From: Botryllus schlosseri
Taxonomy: Eukaryota
Direction: 5' to 3'
NCBI GenBank assembly: GCA_051294905.1
Contig: CM119372.1
Location: forward strand, 4,094,001 to 4,158,000
Length of the DNA: 64,000 bases
This document shows, one piece after another, positions 11,285 through 23,651 of the stretch. Numbering within the stretch: the first letter of the stretch is position 1; the number at the start of each line of letters is the position of its first letter. Below the pieces are notes generated by a model. It saw only the letters and a program-made list of their open reading frames with translations. It ran no database searches and had not been told where the DNA came from. The position numbers and the translations under genes were made by a program.

Positions 11285-14200
11285 CCATAGTGGGAAGGAC
11301 TTAGTACCCTTTTATGAATTTAAGGGGCCCTAATAACATAATAATAGCCGTTTCTTACTTCGAAACCTATCAGGAGATGGGAACCATCGACTTATATTCA
11401 GTAGATAATTATGCCTGAAATTGCCAGATAGGCCTACACGAGTTCAGATGTACCTAGACTCGATGCCGATTTTAACATCTAATAGCCGAAGAAAGGATGA
11501 CTTCTTACCCTGTTATATATACAATGGGTACTAAATAACATGTTAAAAGCCATTTCAAACTTCGGAAGATGCGTGGAGCTGAGCACCTTTGAAATATATA
11601 TTGCCGCATAATTTGTCGGAAATTGCCTAATACTCCAATTCACATGTAACAGACTTGACGTCGTTTTTAACATATAATAGCCAAAGAAGGAAGGACTTCT
11701 TACCCTGTTATGAATAAAATGGGTCCTAAATAACATCTTAAAAGCAGTTTCAAACTTCGGAAGAGGACTGGAGCTGAGAACCATCAAAATATATATTGCC
11801 GCATATTGTGTCGGAAATTGCCCAATACTCCAATTCACATGTAGCAGACTTGACGTCGTTTTAAAGATATAATAGCCAAAGAAGGAAGGACTTCTTACCC
11901 TGTTATGAATAAATTGGGTCATACATAACATCTTAAAAGCCGTTTCAAACTTCGGAAGATGCCTGGAGCTGAGAACCATCAAAATATATATTGCCGCATA
12001 TTGTGTCGGAAATTGCCTAATACTCAAATTCACATGTAGCAGACTTGACGTCGTTTTAAAGATATAATAGCCAAAGAAGGAAGGACTTCTTACCCTGTTA
12101 TGAATAAAATGGGTCCTAAATAATATCTTAAAAGCCGTTTCAAACTTCGGAATATGCCTGGAGCTGAGAACCATCAAAATATATATTGCCGCATATTGTG
12201 TCGGAAATTGCCTAATACTCCAATTCACATGTAGCAGACTTGACGTCGTTTTAAAGATATAATAGCCAAAGAAGGAAGGACTTCTTACCCTGTTATGAAT
12301 AAATTGGGTCCTAAACAACATCTTAAAAGCCGTTTCAAACTTCGGAATATGCCTGGAGCTGAGAACCATCAAAATATATATTGCCGCATATTGTGTCGGA
12401 AATTGCCTAATACTCCAATTCACATGTAGCAGATTTGAAGTCGTTTTAATGATATAATAGCCAAAGAAGGAGAGACTTCTTACCCTGTTATATATACAAT
12501 GGGTACTAAATAACATGTTAAAAGCCATTTCAAACTTCGGAAGATGCATGGAGCTGAGCATCTTTGAAATATATATTGCCGCATAATTTGTCGGAAACTG
12601 CCTAATACTCAAATTCACATGTAGCAGACTTGACGTCGTTTTAAAGATGTAATAGCCAAAGAAGGAAAGACTTCTTACCCTGTTATATATACAATGGGTC
12701 CTAAATAACATCTTAAAAGCCATTTCAAACTTCGGAAGATGCTTGGAGCTGAGCATCTTTGAAATATATATTGCCGCATAATTTGTCGGAAACTGCCTAA
12801 TACTCAAATTCACATGTAGCAGACTTGACGTCGTTTTAAAGATGTAATAGCCAAAGAAGGAAAGACTTCTAACCCTGTTATATATACAATGGGTCCTAAA
12901 TAACATCTTAAAAGCCATTTCAAACTTCGTTATATGCGTGGAGCTGAGAACCATCTAAATATATATTGCCGTATATTGCGTCGGAAATTGCCCAATACTC
13001 AAATTCACATGTAGCAGACTTGACGTCGTTTTAAAGATATAATAGCCAAAGAAGGAAGGACTTCTTACCCTGTTATGAATAAAATGGGTCCTAAATAATA
13101 TCTTAAAAGCCGTTTCAAACTTCGGATGATGCATGGAGCTGAGAACCTTTGAAATATATATTGCCGCATATTGTGGCGGATATTGCCTAATAAACCAATC
13201 CACATGCAACAGTGTTGATGTTGTTTTTATGATATAATAGCCAAAGAAGGAGAGACTTCTTACTCTGTTATGAATAGAATGGGTCCTAAATAATATTTTA
13301 AAGGCCGTATCAAACTTCGAAAGATGCCTGGAGCTGAGAACGAACGAAATATATATTGCCGCATATTGTGTCGGAAATTGCCGAATACTCAAGTTCACAT
13401 TTACCAGACTTGACGTCGTTTTAAGATGTAATCGCTAAAGAAGGAAAGATTTCTTACCCTTTTGTGAATTGAATGCGTCCTAAATAATACATAATAAGTC
13501 GTTTCAAACTTCGGCACCTATCCGGAGAAGAGAACCATCGAAATATATTTGGCGGAATATTACGCCTGAAATTGCCTAATACACGAGTTCAGATGTACCA
13601 GACTCGATGTTAATTTTAGCAGGGTTGTAATGACTCGAGTCATGACTCGACTCGAGTCAGACTCGAGTCACGATTTTCAGATGACTCGACTCGAGTCATT
13701 TTCTCAAATTACGAAAATGACTCGACTCGACTCGAGTCAATCTGTGTATTGACTCGACTTGGACTCGAGTCATTGCGCATGACTCGAAGCAAGTCATTGA
13801 CTCGAGATTCAGACGGCCAAGACCGACATTTCATTGTAATTTCGAAGCCAACACACTATTGGGATTTCTTTTGTTGGTACTGGTGTACGAAAATGCGACC
13901 AGAAACTGCTAAAAGTTAGGAAAATTGATATATTATAAATGCGCACCATTCAATATCACCAAACAGAGTTAAAAAAAAGTGGGTTTAGGAAGACTTTAAC
14001 TGGAAACTGAGCAGTCAACACAAGGACTTGGACTCGAGTCATAATACCATGACTCGGACTCGATCCTCTGTTCGCTGACTTGGACTCGGTGGGAATTGAA
14101 AATGACTCGACTTAACTCGAGCCAAAAATATAAAAGTGAGATTGACTTGTGACTCGGAGCCTAGTGACTTGGTTACAACCCTGGATTTTAGCATCTAATA

Positions 14201-14865
14201 GCCAAAGAAGGAAGGACTTCTTACCCTTATACGAATAGAAGGGGTCCTAAATGGCATTTAAAACGTCGTTTCAAACTTCGGCGCATAACCGGAGAAGAGA
14301 ACCATCGAAATATATTTAGCGGAAAATTACGCCTGAAATTGCCTATTTCACAAGCTCAGATGTACCAGACTCGATGTCGATTTTAGCATCTAATAGCCAA
14401 AGAAGGAAGGACTTCTTACCCTTATACGAATAGAAGGGGTCCTAAATGGCATTTAAAACGTCGTTTCAAACTTCGGCGCATAACCGGAGAAGAGAACCAT
14501 CGAAATATATTTAGCGGAAAATTACGCCTGAAATTGCCTATTTCACAAGTTCAGATGTACCAGACTCGATGTCGATTTTAGTATCTAATAGCCAAAGAAG
14601 GAAGGACTTCTTACCCTTATACGAATAGAAGGGGTCCTAAATGGCATTTAAAACGTCGTTTCAAACTTCGGCGCATAACCGGAGAAGAGAACCATCGAAA
14701 TATATTTAGCGGAAAATTACGCCTGAAATTGCCTATTACACAAGCTCAGATGTACCAGATTCGATGTCGATTTTAGCTTCTAATAGTTAAAGAAGGAAGG
14801 ACTTCTTACCATCTTATAAATAAAATGAATTCTAAATAACATAATAGAAGCCATTTCAAACTTCG
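11285..14865. repeat. Left arm: 195-bp tandem repeat, about 15 units, outer and inner subfamilies
   Basis: aatagcc anchor at 11871, 12066, 12261 (outer type) and 14197, 14392 (inner type): period 195. Confidence 0.95.
13620..14183. mobile_element. hAT-type MITE (CAGGGTTGT termini, GACTCGAGTC-rich), left-arm copy
   Basis: cagggttgtaa...ttacaaccctg; imperfect 8-bp TSD aattttag/gattttag from the satellite unit. Confidence 0.9.
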
Positions 14866-14963
14866 TACAATATCAGGATATCAATGAAATATTATACGAA
14901 CTGATTATCCGTCGGTTTTGGTATACTATAGACAAGGAAGAAAGGACCACTCCCCATTTCATT

Positions 14964-15222
14964 GAGAGAGATAGAGAGAGGTATGATATTCTTTTCCGCC
15001 TGCACCACGAGGTGCTTTGAAGAAGGAGTTGCGATACGGTCGTGAGTTCATCTAGTCTGCGCCCCCGTTTTTTCTCCTCTATGCTATCCGTGATTGCTGA
15101 GTGCCTAGCTGGGTAGCTGTGGATACCAATTTTCGAGTCTTTGGTATGACCCGGCTGGGGATCGGACCCACGACCTACCGATCGAGAAGCCGGACGCATA
15201 ACCATTACACTCTCCTGCTCGG
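14964..15222 (-). mobile_element. tRNA-derived SINE (Meta-domain-like centre, (CT)n tail)
   Basis: A-box agtgtaatgg, B-box-like ggtccgatccc, central gggtcataccaaagactc..ccagctaggcactcagca; copies at 35268 and 57680. Confidence 0.85.
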
Positions 15223-15443
15223 TAAGAGTAAATGCTAAGTGAGAGAGAGTAAATACTAAGCATTTTGTAACCTATTTAAGTCTTCGGAGCCTATATCTGG
15301 GTCTGGCAATAATCAGCAATTAGCATACATATCCTGGCAGCAGATAATCGTCACCAATTAACGATCCAACGAATTTAATATGCATAATGTGCCAAAAGGA
15401 ACATGATTTTTTAAAAATCCTCAGCAGATTTCCAGTCTTCACT

Positions 15444-17036
15444 CATGTCTGACAAATAGGACATAAAATACTTCCATTAACTATGTCCCGTGCGCATGCC
15501 GAGTGATATTTTCGGTTGCATCCTTGGCACCTCTCCTGCAAAACATTTTATGGTATATATATAGAAATGGTCAATGTTTCGGACAGGTGTATTTCGTTTC
15601 AATTAATCTAGCAGAGTGAATTATGGAAGGGTCATACCCAGGATGAGTCAAGCTATGATGCGTCAGCACAAAAGCTGCAGATATCGGCGATTGGATCTGA
15701 ATGTGGAATGCATAAGATTTGTTGGCATAGCTATATTACTCTCATAACAATCGAACAAACCGATTCATTGCGTATGATGTTGATCGATACAAAACTACTG
15801 TTTCCATGTTTCTAATTCGATATAGATTTCCTCACCTGATTTGTCTAATATTTGTCTGCCGATTTCGTAGCGAAATCTCCGCAGGTCAGTTTCTTTATTC
15901 GGAATGCTGGCCAATGACGAAGTTGTGTTCTTCACAACTTGTTCTGCAAACTTTTGAAAACCTGATCTATGTCTGCCACTTTGTGAAATGAAATCCAGAA
16001 TTTAGTTACCTTCGAGACATAAACGCCGCAGTTGTAACCATCTTGTTGGATGGAATGGTCGTACATTCTGATAACCCATTTCTTAGACGTCATGGATCGG
16101 CAATCGACCAACTCGCTCCGGATTCGCAGATATGTCCTAGTAGAGAAGGAATACGGTAGTATATATATATCTCTTATGTGCAATTGTTACAAGTACGGTT
16201 AAGTAAATAAAATTAAATCAGTATTCGACCTCTTTCGAACTAGTAATGGGTTGAAGCCAAATCAAACTCTCATGTGAGTGAATTAACAATATTCAATATT
16301 CCGCTGACTTACTTGAATTTCTCTGCCGCAGCTATGGTGCTTTTTTTTGTACTCCCTAGTGGATTTATCAAAGCTATTTCGGAAACTGATGTATTAATTA
16401 CCTGTAAATACATAAATGTGATTTATTGGATTTGCCGAACGATCATATACAATTCGAAATTCGTGACCAACCAACAGCATCCAGTGCTGGAACTTATTCA
16501 CTGCACCGATGATCTTGTCGTAGTGATCAAGATTCACGTGTCAAACATGTAACTGATTGCAAAGAACCGACGATGCACAATGCATTGCGATGCCATCGTT
16601 GTCGTGCGTCCAAGATCACAACGGTGTCATTTCATATTGCCTTACTAATAATCATCGTCCTGGATTTATTAATTTATTGAAATAATAGGGCTGTGTACCT
16701 TTCGCAGTGACTGCCTTCGGATTAGCTTTTCATCCGAACCGGTAATGATAAGAGTCGCTAGGAAGCTATCCAGCACATAAGTTTTTGCGTCAGCGAGCAT
16801 ATGCAGATAGTAATCAATGACCTGTGTAGTAAATAATCACCATACGAGTATAAACTGAAGTATTAGCTTCTCTTAATACTAGATTTGCAGTAGTAAATTA
16901 CATTATGATGACTTACTCCACCGCTCAGCCATTCGTCTGGACGCAGGGTTCGCAAATCTCCCATGAAGAGCGTATTTGAGGAAACATAAGCAGCTACCAT
17001 TTCCACTTTTCCTTTACTCCAAAGCAATTCTAGTTC
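15444..17036 (-). pseudogene. Spliced 3' exons of the foldback core gene: Ulp1/C48-like protease plus PHD finger
   Basis: GT-AG exons: 17036-16917 (DLRTLRPDEWLSGG), 16821-16699 (VIDYYLHML), about 16540-16472 (GAVNKFQHWMLL), 16401-16313 (LINPLG), 16136-16010 (QQDGYNCGVYV); then CSFC..W/ERCQGCNRKYHSAC..YLCPIC with a stop and a frameshift. Confidence 0.75.
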
Positions 17037-17092
17037 CTAGGGTTATAAGGTATGTTAGACAAAAGTTATCTGAAATACTGCGACGAGCTTAC

Positions 17093-18685
17093 TTCATTTT
17101 CGCCTTCACCGGTCTTTGTAGGCCTACTAGGCTCGTTATCGAATTTCAATGTTTTTGATATTTCGCCGGAGGTGAAGCAGCCAGTCTGCCTTCTTTTTCT
17201 TTTTTTGAAAGTCGACTTTACCAATTGTTGTGTTTCCTTTATCAATTTTGTTTTTCTTCTTCTTTTAAAACCGCGATGCAATAAACTATCCGCAAATATT
17301 TTAGATGAAGTCATTATTTCTTTGTGGTATTTCAAAATGAATTTGTCAATTTTACTACATCTTGTATTGTCCAAATAGATGTTTTTCAGCTCATAAAAAT
17401 GCTGCTCTATAATCCCCTGCGTGCGGTTACGATCACAAATTGATTGCAAATTATTTTTTATTCTGGCAGAGCGGATTTTCTCAAATTCACTGCCGAATTT
17501 TTGATAGGCAGCATTTGGGTAGTCGGTTCTTTTGGTGTGGCGATCAAGATTACCAAGTAAAAGTCCAGAAGTAGCACCAAGCCTTGGAAATATTACGTTT
17601 TCAATTTTGGTAAAAAAGGACTCTGAAAAATATTTGTTGGTTGTTGGCCATAATCCGCGGTCATTTCCTTCTTGATAGGTTATAGATTTTTTAAATAAAT
17701 CAAGTTTGTTCTTGTACCTCAGATGAAACGGGGATTTGTATTCTTGACTCTTGTCATGTATGATAAAATTCGCAAAGACGTCATCGTCCTTTTGATATTC
17801 ATAAAACTGATCCGGTAAATTTTTGAGGCTTTCATTTTTAGTCATATGGGATTGTAGCGCTTTGAAACTTTTTTCAACCTGGGGGGAATTTTGTCGCAGT
17901 AAGAGCACAACAAATAAGTGGCTAATGATGAGATCCATTTCATGAATAGTTGAGGCTAGAAACATCATTGCAATCCAATGCATAGCATCGCGGTAGTACT
18001 TCTTGATGTAATATCTTTTGCACATAGTGGACGCGGCCTTCATGCAGTGGCTCAAGCAGTTAACAATTAGGGTTAAACTCAAGTCACTACCCGACGCTTC
18101 ACCCGTGACTATCCGGTACACGCGATGATAGCCTAATATTGGAGTCTGGTCTCACTGCAAAAGACGGAGAGAAAAGCGTTCCATAGGGCGACAGCACCGT
18201 CAAGTATTACCAATCTCGGCACCAACTTCGTCGAGCATGCATCTCTAAAACACCCGAGAAAATATTTTATGCTCTCGGTCGTATGGCACGTTGTAACGTA
18301 GCTTGCTACCGGTATTCCTGGCAGATCTTTGTAAGGACTTCGGACCAAAATCGAATATATTTGAAAAGCTTTTCCTCCGTCCGACCGAATAATTGTCCCA
18401 GTTGAATCAAAATACAAAATGTCTTTCTGGCACAAGTCTTTGAATAATTCCAATTGAAAGGTAGTGAATAATGTCACGCTTAAAGGGCAGCCTTGCCAAC
18501 CTCTAATGAAATGTGTGCCATCTTGCTCAAATATTTTCCTCAACAACTCAATGTTTTGAAAAACATCGGAGGTCCAGCCACAAGGTAGACCAAACTTTGA
18601 GTTTATTTTTCTTAAGACATCCAATGACGGAACATATGTATGGGCTCCGGAAATCCGTTCCCTTTCGGTTTGGGCAACTTTAATC
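17093..18685 (-). pseudogene. Mutator/NOF-type DDE transposase (N-terminus apparently missing; frame broken at about 18133)
   Basis: LYFDSTGTII (D1), PGIPVA, PRLVILDGAVALWNAF (D2), NCLSHCMK (CxxH), RTQGIIEQHFYELK (E); splice donor gtaagc at 17092 links to the Ulp1 exons. Confidence 0.8.
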
Positions 18686-18809
18686 TATGGATCTATCGAG
18701 TGTACACCATCTTTGGAAAGGTTTTTGGCCCCCTCAATAACATATGCCCCAGTACAAAAATACCATGTTGAACTGATAAATTAGCAAATAATATAAGATT
18801 CATGTGTGT

Positions 18810-20418
18810 ATTCAGAAAAGGGTAAGAAGTCCTTCCTTCTTTGGCTATTAGATGTTAAAATCGACATCGAGTCTGGTACACCTGAACTCGTGTAATAGGC
18901 AATTTCAGGCGCAATTTTCTAATAAATATAATTCGATGGTTCTCTTCTCCGGATAGGTGCCGAAATTAGAAACGACGTTTTAAATGCCATTTAGGACCCC
19001 TTCTATTCGTAGAAGGGTAAGAAGTCCTTCCTTCTTTGGCTATTAGATGCTAAAATCGGCATCGAGTCTGGTACATCTGAACTCGTGTAATAGGCAATTT
19101 CAGGCGTAATATTCTAATAAATATAATTCGATCGTTCTTTTCTCCGGGTTGGTGCCGAAGTTTGAAACGAATTGTTATGTCATACTTATGACGCCTTCTC
19201 TGCATAAAAGGGTAAGACGTCCTTCCCTCTTTGGCTATTAGATGTTAAAATCGACATTGAGTCTGGTACACCTGAACTCGTGTAATAGGCAATTTCAGGC
19301 GTAATTTCCTAATAAATATAATTCGATGGTTCTCTTCTCCGGGTAGGTGCCGAAGTTTGAAACGACGTTTTAAATGCCATTTAGGACCCCTTCTATTCGT
19401 ATAAGGGTAAGAAGTCCTTCCTTCTTTGGCTATTTGATGCTAAAATCGGCATCGAGTCTGGTACATCTGAACTCGTGTAATAGGCAATTTCAGGCGTAAT
19501 ATTCTAATAAATATAATTGGATGGTTCTCTTCTCCGGGTAGGTGCCGAAGTTTGAAACGACGTTTTAAATGCCATTTCGTACCCCTTCTATTCGTATAAG
19601 GGTAAGAAGTCCTTCCTTCTTTGGCTATTAGATGCTAAAATCCAGGGTTGTTACCAAGTCACTAGGCTCCGAGTCACATGTCAATCTCACTTTTATATTT
19701 TTGACTCGAGTCAAGTCGAGTCATTTTCAATTCCCACCGAGTCAAGTCCGAGTCCAAGTCAGCGAACAGAGGATCGAGTCCGAGTCATGGTATTATGACT
19801 CGAGTCCGAGTCCAAGTCATTGTGTTGACTGCTCAGTTTCCAGTTAAAGTCTTCCTAAACCCACATTTTTAACTCTGTTTGGTGATATTGAATGGTGCGC
19901 ATTTATAATATATCAATTTTCCTAATTTTTAGCAGTTTCTGGTCGCATTTTCGAACACTAGTACCAACAAACGAAATCCCAATAGTGTGTTGGCTTCGAA
20001 ATTGCAATGAAATGTCGGTGTTGGCCGTCTGAATCTCGAGGCAATGACTTGCTTCGAGTCATGCGCAATGACTCGAGTCCAAGTCGAGTCAATACACAGA
20101 TTGACTCGAGTCGAGTCGAGTCATTTTCGTATTTTGAGAAAATGACGCGAGTCGAGTCGAGTCATCTGAAAATCGTGACTCGAGTCTGACTCGAGTCGAG
20201 TCATGACTCGAGTCATTACAACCCTGCTAGAATCGACATCGAGTCTGGTACATCTGAACTCGTGCATTAGGAAATTTCAGGCGTAATATTCCGCCAAATA
20301 TATTTCGATGGTTCTCTTCTCCGGATAGGTGCCGAACTTTGAAACGACTTATTATGTATTATTTAGGACGCCTTCTATTCACAAAAGGGTAAGAAGTCTT
20401 TCCTTCTTTAGCGATTAC
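18810..20418. repeat. Right arm, inner segment: 195-bp repeat (inner subfamily), inverted relative to the left arm
   Basis: Units are reverse complements of those at 13430-14865. Confidence 0.92.
19643..20226. mobile_element. hAT-type MITE, right-arm mirror copy of 13620-14183
   Basis: cagggttgttacc...attacaaccctg; TSD ctaaaatc/ctagaatc; same position in the arm, opposite orientation. Confidence 0.9.
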
Positions 20419-20640
20419 GGGTGGATTGCACAGATGTCGATTAATTCCTAATCGCCGATTATACGTCAGTAATCGGCTGGCTTCCGTGGCACAGATGCCG
20501 ATCTGCCACTAATCGGTGAATTTTAATCGGCCAAATGTTATCCGCCGAGCGAGGTGTCTAGAAAGTTAATCGGCTGTGTGCTTCGCGTTGACTGCGGTCT
20601 GGGCTGGCTACAGGTACACTAGTATTTGGTATTGAGATGG

Positions 20641-20792
20641 TGTAGTATTATCACTTAGCTTCTAGCTGTCTACTTAGACAGATACCTTTACAAGTCGGAT
20701 TCGAAGTGTATTCCCCACAGACCACATGCTTGTCTGTCATCAAAACAATACGGAACCCATCGCTGCTCAATCAAGCATATAATAACACCACA
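20641..20792 (-). repeat. 3' LTR, preceded on the minus strand by the polypurine tract aaaaaagggaga (20793-20804)
   Basis: Identical by eye to 25103-25254. Confidence 0.95.
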
Positions 20793-21014
20793 TCTCCCTT
20801 TTTTAGGGGAAGAGACATCGACACTACTTACATTATATACAAGTCACAATACAGCAGCGATAACAATATATACAAGGTGACACTACCCCTGCAAGGTTAG
20901 CAAGAGCAGGGCATTTACACTTAACAGACAGAGTCACCAGGGAGGTAGACTACTCCCAAGGTGTACAACAGGTTAGGGGATTATTCTGCCCCTGATCTTG
21001 AAACCTGTGTGTGA

Positions 21015-23651
21015 TCAATATTGCTCAATAAATCGTTGTGGCGGATTTCTAATTCTCGAGGATCGTCTCGCGGGGTTCTCTCCAGCAGGTTCAGTTGAAC
21101 CGTTGGCTTCTTGATGGTGTCCTGGTTTCTTCGACGCTACAAGACAATATTCGACCGGTTTATTCTGATGCGGAACAGATGGTTTTGGTTCCTCCGGAGG
21201 GTTGTACTTCCGTAAGTGTTTTCGGTTACGCCTCATTAGTCCATTGTTCGTCTCAACGATGATCGCTCTAGGATTTTCATGCATCTCCTTGATGATACCC
21301 ATCCTTTCGCAATCAGGAATGTATACATGGTCTCCAATTCCGAATCTATCATTCTCAACCACACGATGTCTTTTATTGTAACTCGCAGCCATTTTCTGTC
21401 TATACTCCGTCTCCCTTTTTCGAAGATCTTCGACATCAACAGTCTGTGGCCGTAGCTGGTCAGGATGACAAATCACCTTTGTCTTCAATCTGCGTCCCAT
21501 GCTCAATTGGGCGGGCGATAATCCGGAGTGCAAGGGCGTGTTCCTATAGTTCAGTAGCGTCAGATAGACATCATCTGTTTTCTTGAGCAGGGCCTTTATA
21601 GTTTGCACTCCTCTCTCGATGAAGCCATTACCCTGGCTATATTTTGGAGAAGAGGTTAGGTGCTGAAAATTCCAGGCTCTGGAGAACTGAGAAAATTCAG
21701 AGGAAACGAAGACCGAAGCATTGTCCGTAAGCAAGACATCACAGATGCCATGATGAGAGAACACATTCTTGAAGTGAGAAATTGTGTCCCGTGACGAGAT
21801 CGTTTTCTTTACTGAGAACAGTTCTATGTCTCTGGAGTAGTAATCCATGATCAAAAGGTAGTACTTGTCCTCCAGTTGGAAAAAATCAGCGGCAATTCTA
21901 GCCCATGGGCGTGTCGGAAATTCGGTCCCCATCGTCGGTTCAGTTCGATCTCGTCGATGCTTTTCACAGCGGTTGCAGTTGAGTACTGCATGTTCAATGT
22001 CTTTTGAATAACCCGGCCACCAGCAAGCTTGTGCTGCAAGTTGTCTGGTCTTGGTTATTCCAAGGTGCGATTGGTGAAGGTGCTTCAGAACATCTTCGCG
22101 CAACGGCGGTGGTATGACGAGTCTGTTGCTTTTCAGCAAGAGATTGTCATGTACTGTTAACACGTCTCTGAGATTCCAGAAGATACGCATCGGTCCATTT
22201 AAAGTTTCTTTGTTCTTTGGCCATCCTCCAACAACATATGTCATAACAGTCGACAGTGTCTTGTCTTCTTTAAGAGCATTCTTTATTTCTTCCAGGCGTC
22301 GGTCAGTAGCAGACAGCCCGCTGACCAGAGCACGCACACATGCTTCCGCTTCCTTGTGAAGATCGGTGTCTTCGATGCCATACGTTGTCGGCAAAGGGCA
22401 TCGTGATAGCGCGTCTGCTGTGTACATCGACTTTCCTGGCGTGTGGAAAATTGCGAAGTTATAGGACATCAGCCTAATTTTGAATCTTTGAATTCTGACA
22501 GGTAATTCGTCAAGCGATTTCGTTGAGAGCAGAGGCACTAGTGGCTTGTGGTCAGTTTCAACTTTCAGATCTTCAATACCCAGTAAGAGTTCTCTCCAGT
22601 ACTCCATTGCCCAAGTGATTGCCAAGGCCTCTTTTTCTATCTGGGCGTACCGTTGTTCAGTGTCGCTCATTGATCTGCTGGCATATGCGACCGGGCGAAG
22701 GTTATTGTCATCTTGTCTTTGCATCAGAACGGCACCAAGGCCGTAACTGCTGGAGTCAGCTGAGAGCACAGTTTCCCTGTCTGGGCAATACATGGCTAAT
22801 GTAACATCGGAAGACAGATCGCGTTTCACTCTTGCAAACGATTCCTCTTGTGACGGGCCCCAGTACCACTCAACCTTCTTCGCCAACAATTCTCGTAACG
22901 GCTTGGTCAGTTCCGCTAGGTTGGAGCTAAACTTCATGAGCTGGTTTGCCATTCCCAAGAACCTGCGAAGTTCAGTCTTATCAGTAGGAGCAGCATAATT
23001 CACAATAGCCTGCACCTTCTTTGGATCTTTGCTGATACCATCTTGGCCGATGACCTGACCGAGATATTCAAGTTCAGTTGCAGCAACGATGCATTTCTTC
23101 TCATTTAGAGTCATGCCAGAGCATTTTAGACGGTCCAATACAGCCTTCAGCGTCTCATCGTGCGTAGTTTGAGTGCCAACTACTAGGATGTCATCCATAT
23201 GGCAAATCACGTTTGGGATTCCTTGCAGGATTTCACTGATACGTTTTTGGAACGCTTCCGGTGCGCTCGAGATGCCAAATGGTAAGCGACGAAATTGATA
23301 TCTCCCAAACGGTGTGATAAACGTTGTCAACTTTCGACTTTCAGGGGCGAGCTCAATTTGATAAAATCCAGAGTTTGCGTCCAGCTTAGTGAAGACCGTC
23401 CCCTTTGACAGTTGCCCCAAAGTGCTTTCGACTGTAGGCATAGGGTACAGCTCCCTTTTTACCCCATTATTGAGCTTGGTTAGGTCTACACACAGTCGCA
23501 CCTTTCCGTCTGGTTTGGCTACGACTACGATTGGAGCACACCAATCTGTAGGTCCCGTCACTTCTTCTATGATACCGAGCTCTTCAAGCTTATCTATCTC
23601 CTCTTTGAGTTTCTGGCGCAATGGGATTGGCACACGACGTGGCAAATTCAA
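21015..23651 (-). CDS. pol: Gypsy pol: reverse transcriptase, RNase H, integrase
   Basis: VRLCVDLTKLN, KLDANSGF, LPFGISSAPE, HMDDILV, ADSSSYGLGAVL, YAQIEKEALA, TDHKPL, HQSHLG..CNRC, DFF..TDN..SQGNGFIERGVQT. Confidence 0.95.
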   Translation of the reverse strand: MNLPRRVPIPLRQKLKEEIDKLEELGIIEEVTGPTDWCAPIVVVAKPDGKVRLCVDLTKLNNGVKRELYPMPTVESTLGQLSKGTVFTKLDANSGFYQIELAPESRKLTTFITPFGRYQFRRLPFGISSAPEAFQKRISEILQGIPNVICHMDDILVVGTQTTHDETLKAVLDRLKCSGMTLNEKKCIVAATELEYLGQVIGQDGISKDPKKVQAIVNYAAPTDKTELRRFLGMANQLMKFSSNLAELTKPLRELLAKKVEWYWGPSQEESFARVKRDLSSDVTLAMYCPDRETVLSADSSSYGLGAVLMQRQDDNNLRPVAYASRSMSDTEQRYAQIEKEALAITWAMEYWRELLLGIEDLKVETDHKPLVPLLSTKSLDELPVRIQRFKIRLMSYNFAIFHTPGKSMYTADALSRCPLPTTYGIEDTDLHKEAEACVRALVSGLSATDRRLEEIKNALKEDKTLSTVMTYVVGGWPKNKETLNGPMRIFWNLRDVLTVHDNLLLKSNRLVIPPPLREDVLKHLHQSHLGITKTRQLAAQACWWPGYSKDIEHAVLNCNRCEKHRRDRTEPTMGTEFPTRPWARIAADFFQLEDKYYLLIMDYYSRDIELFSVKKTISSRDTISHFKNVFSHHGICDVLLTDNASVFVSSEFSQFSRAWNFQHLTSSPKYSQGNGFIERGVQTIKALLKKTDDVYLTLLNYRNTPLHSGLSPAQLSMGRRLKTKVICHPDQLRPQTVDVEDLRKRETEYRQKMAASYNKRHRVVENDRFGIGDHVYIPDCERMGIIKEMHENPRAIIVETNNGLMRRNRKHLRKYNPPEEPKPSVPHQNKPVEYCLVASKKPGHHQEANGSTEPAGENPARRSSRIRNPPQRFIEQY

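Noticed and set aside
11479..13398. 491-aa and 147-aa ORFs (and mirrored ORFs at 28700-30154) as protein genes
   Set aside because: They arise because the 195-bp unit is a multiple of 3 with a stop-free frame; 65-aa repeats with no domain, lying in transposon arms
17093..18685. Zisupton/KDZ assignment (8-bp TSD plus SUMO protease would fit)
   Set aside because: I see no CxC/KDZ or SWIM motifs; the D-D-CxxH-E pattern fits Mutator/NOF better, though an HMM search is needed
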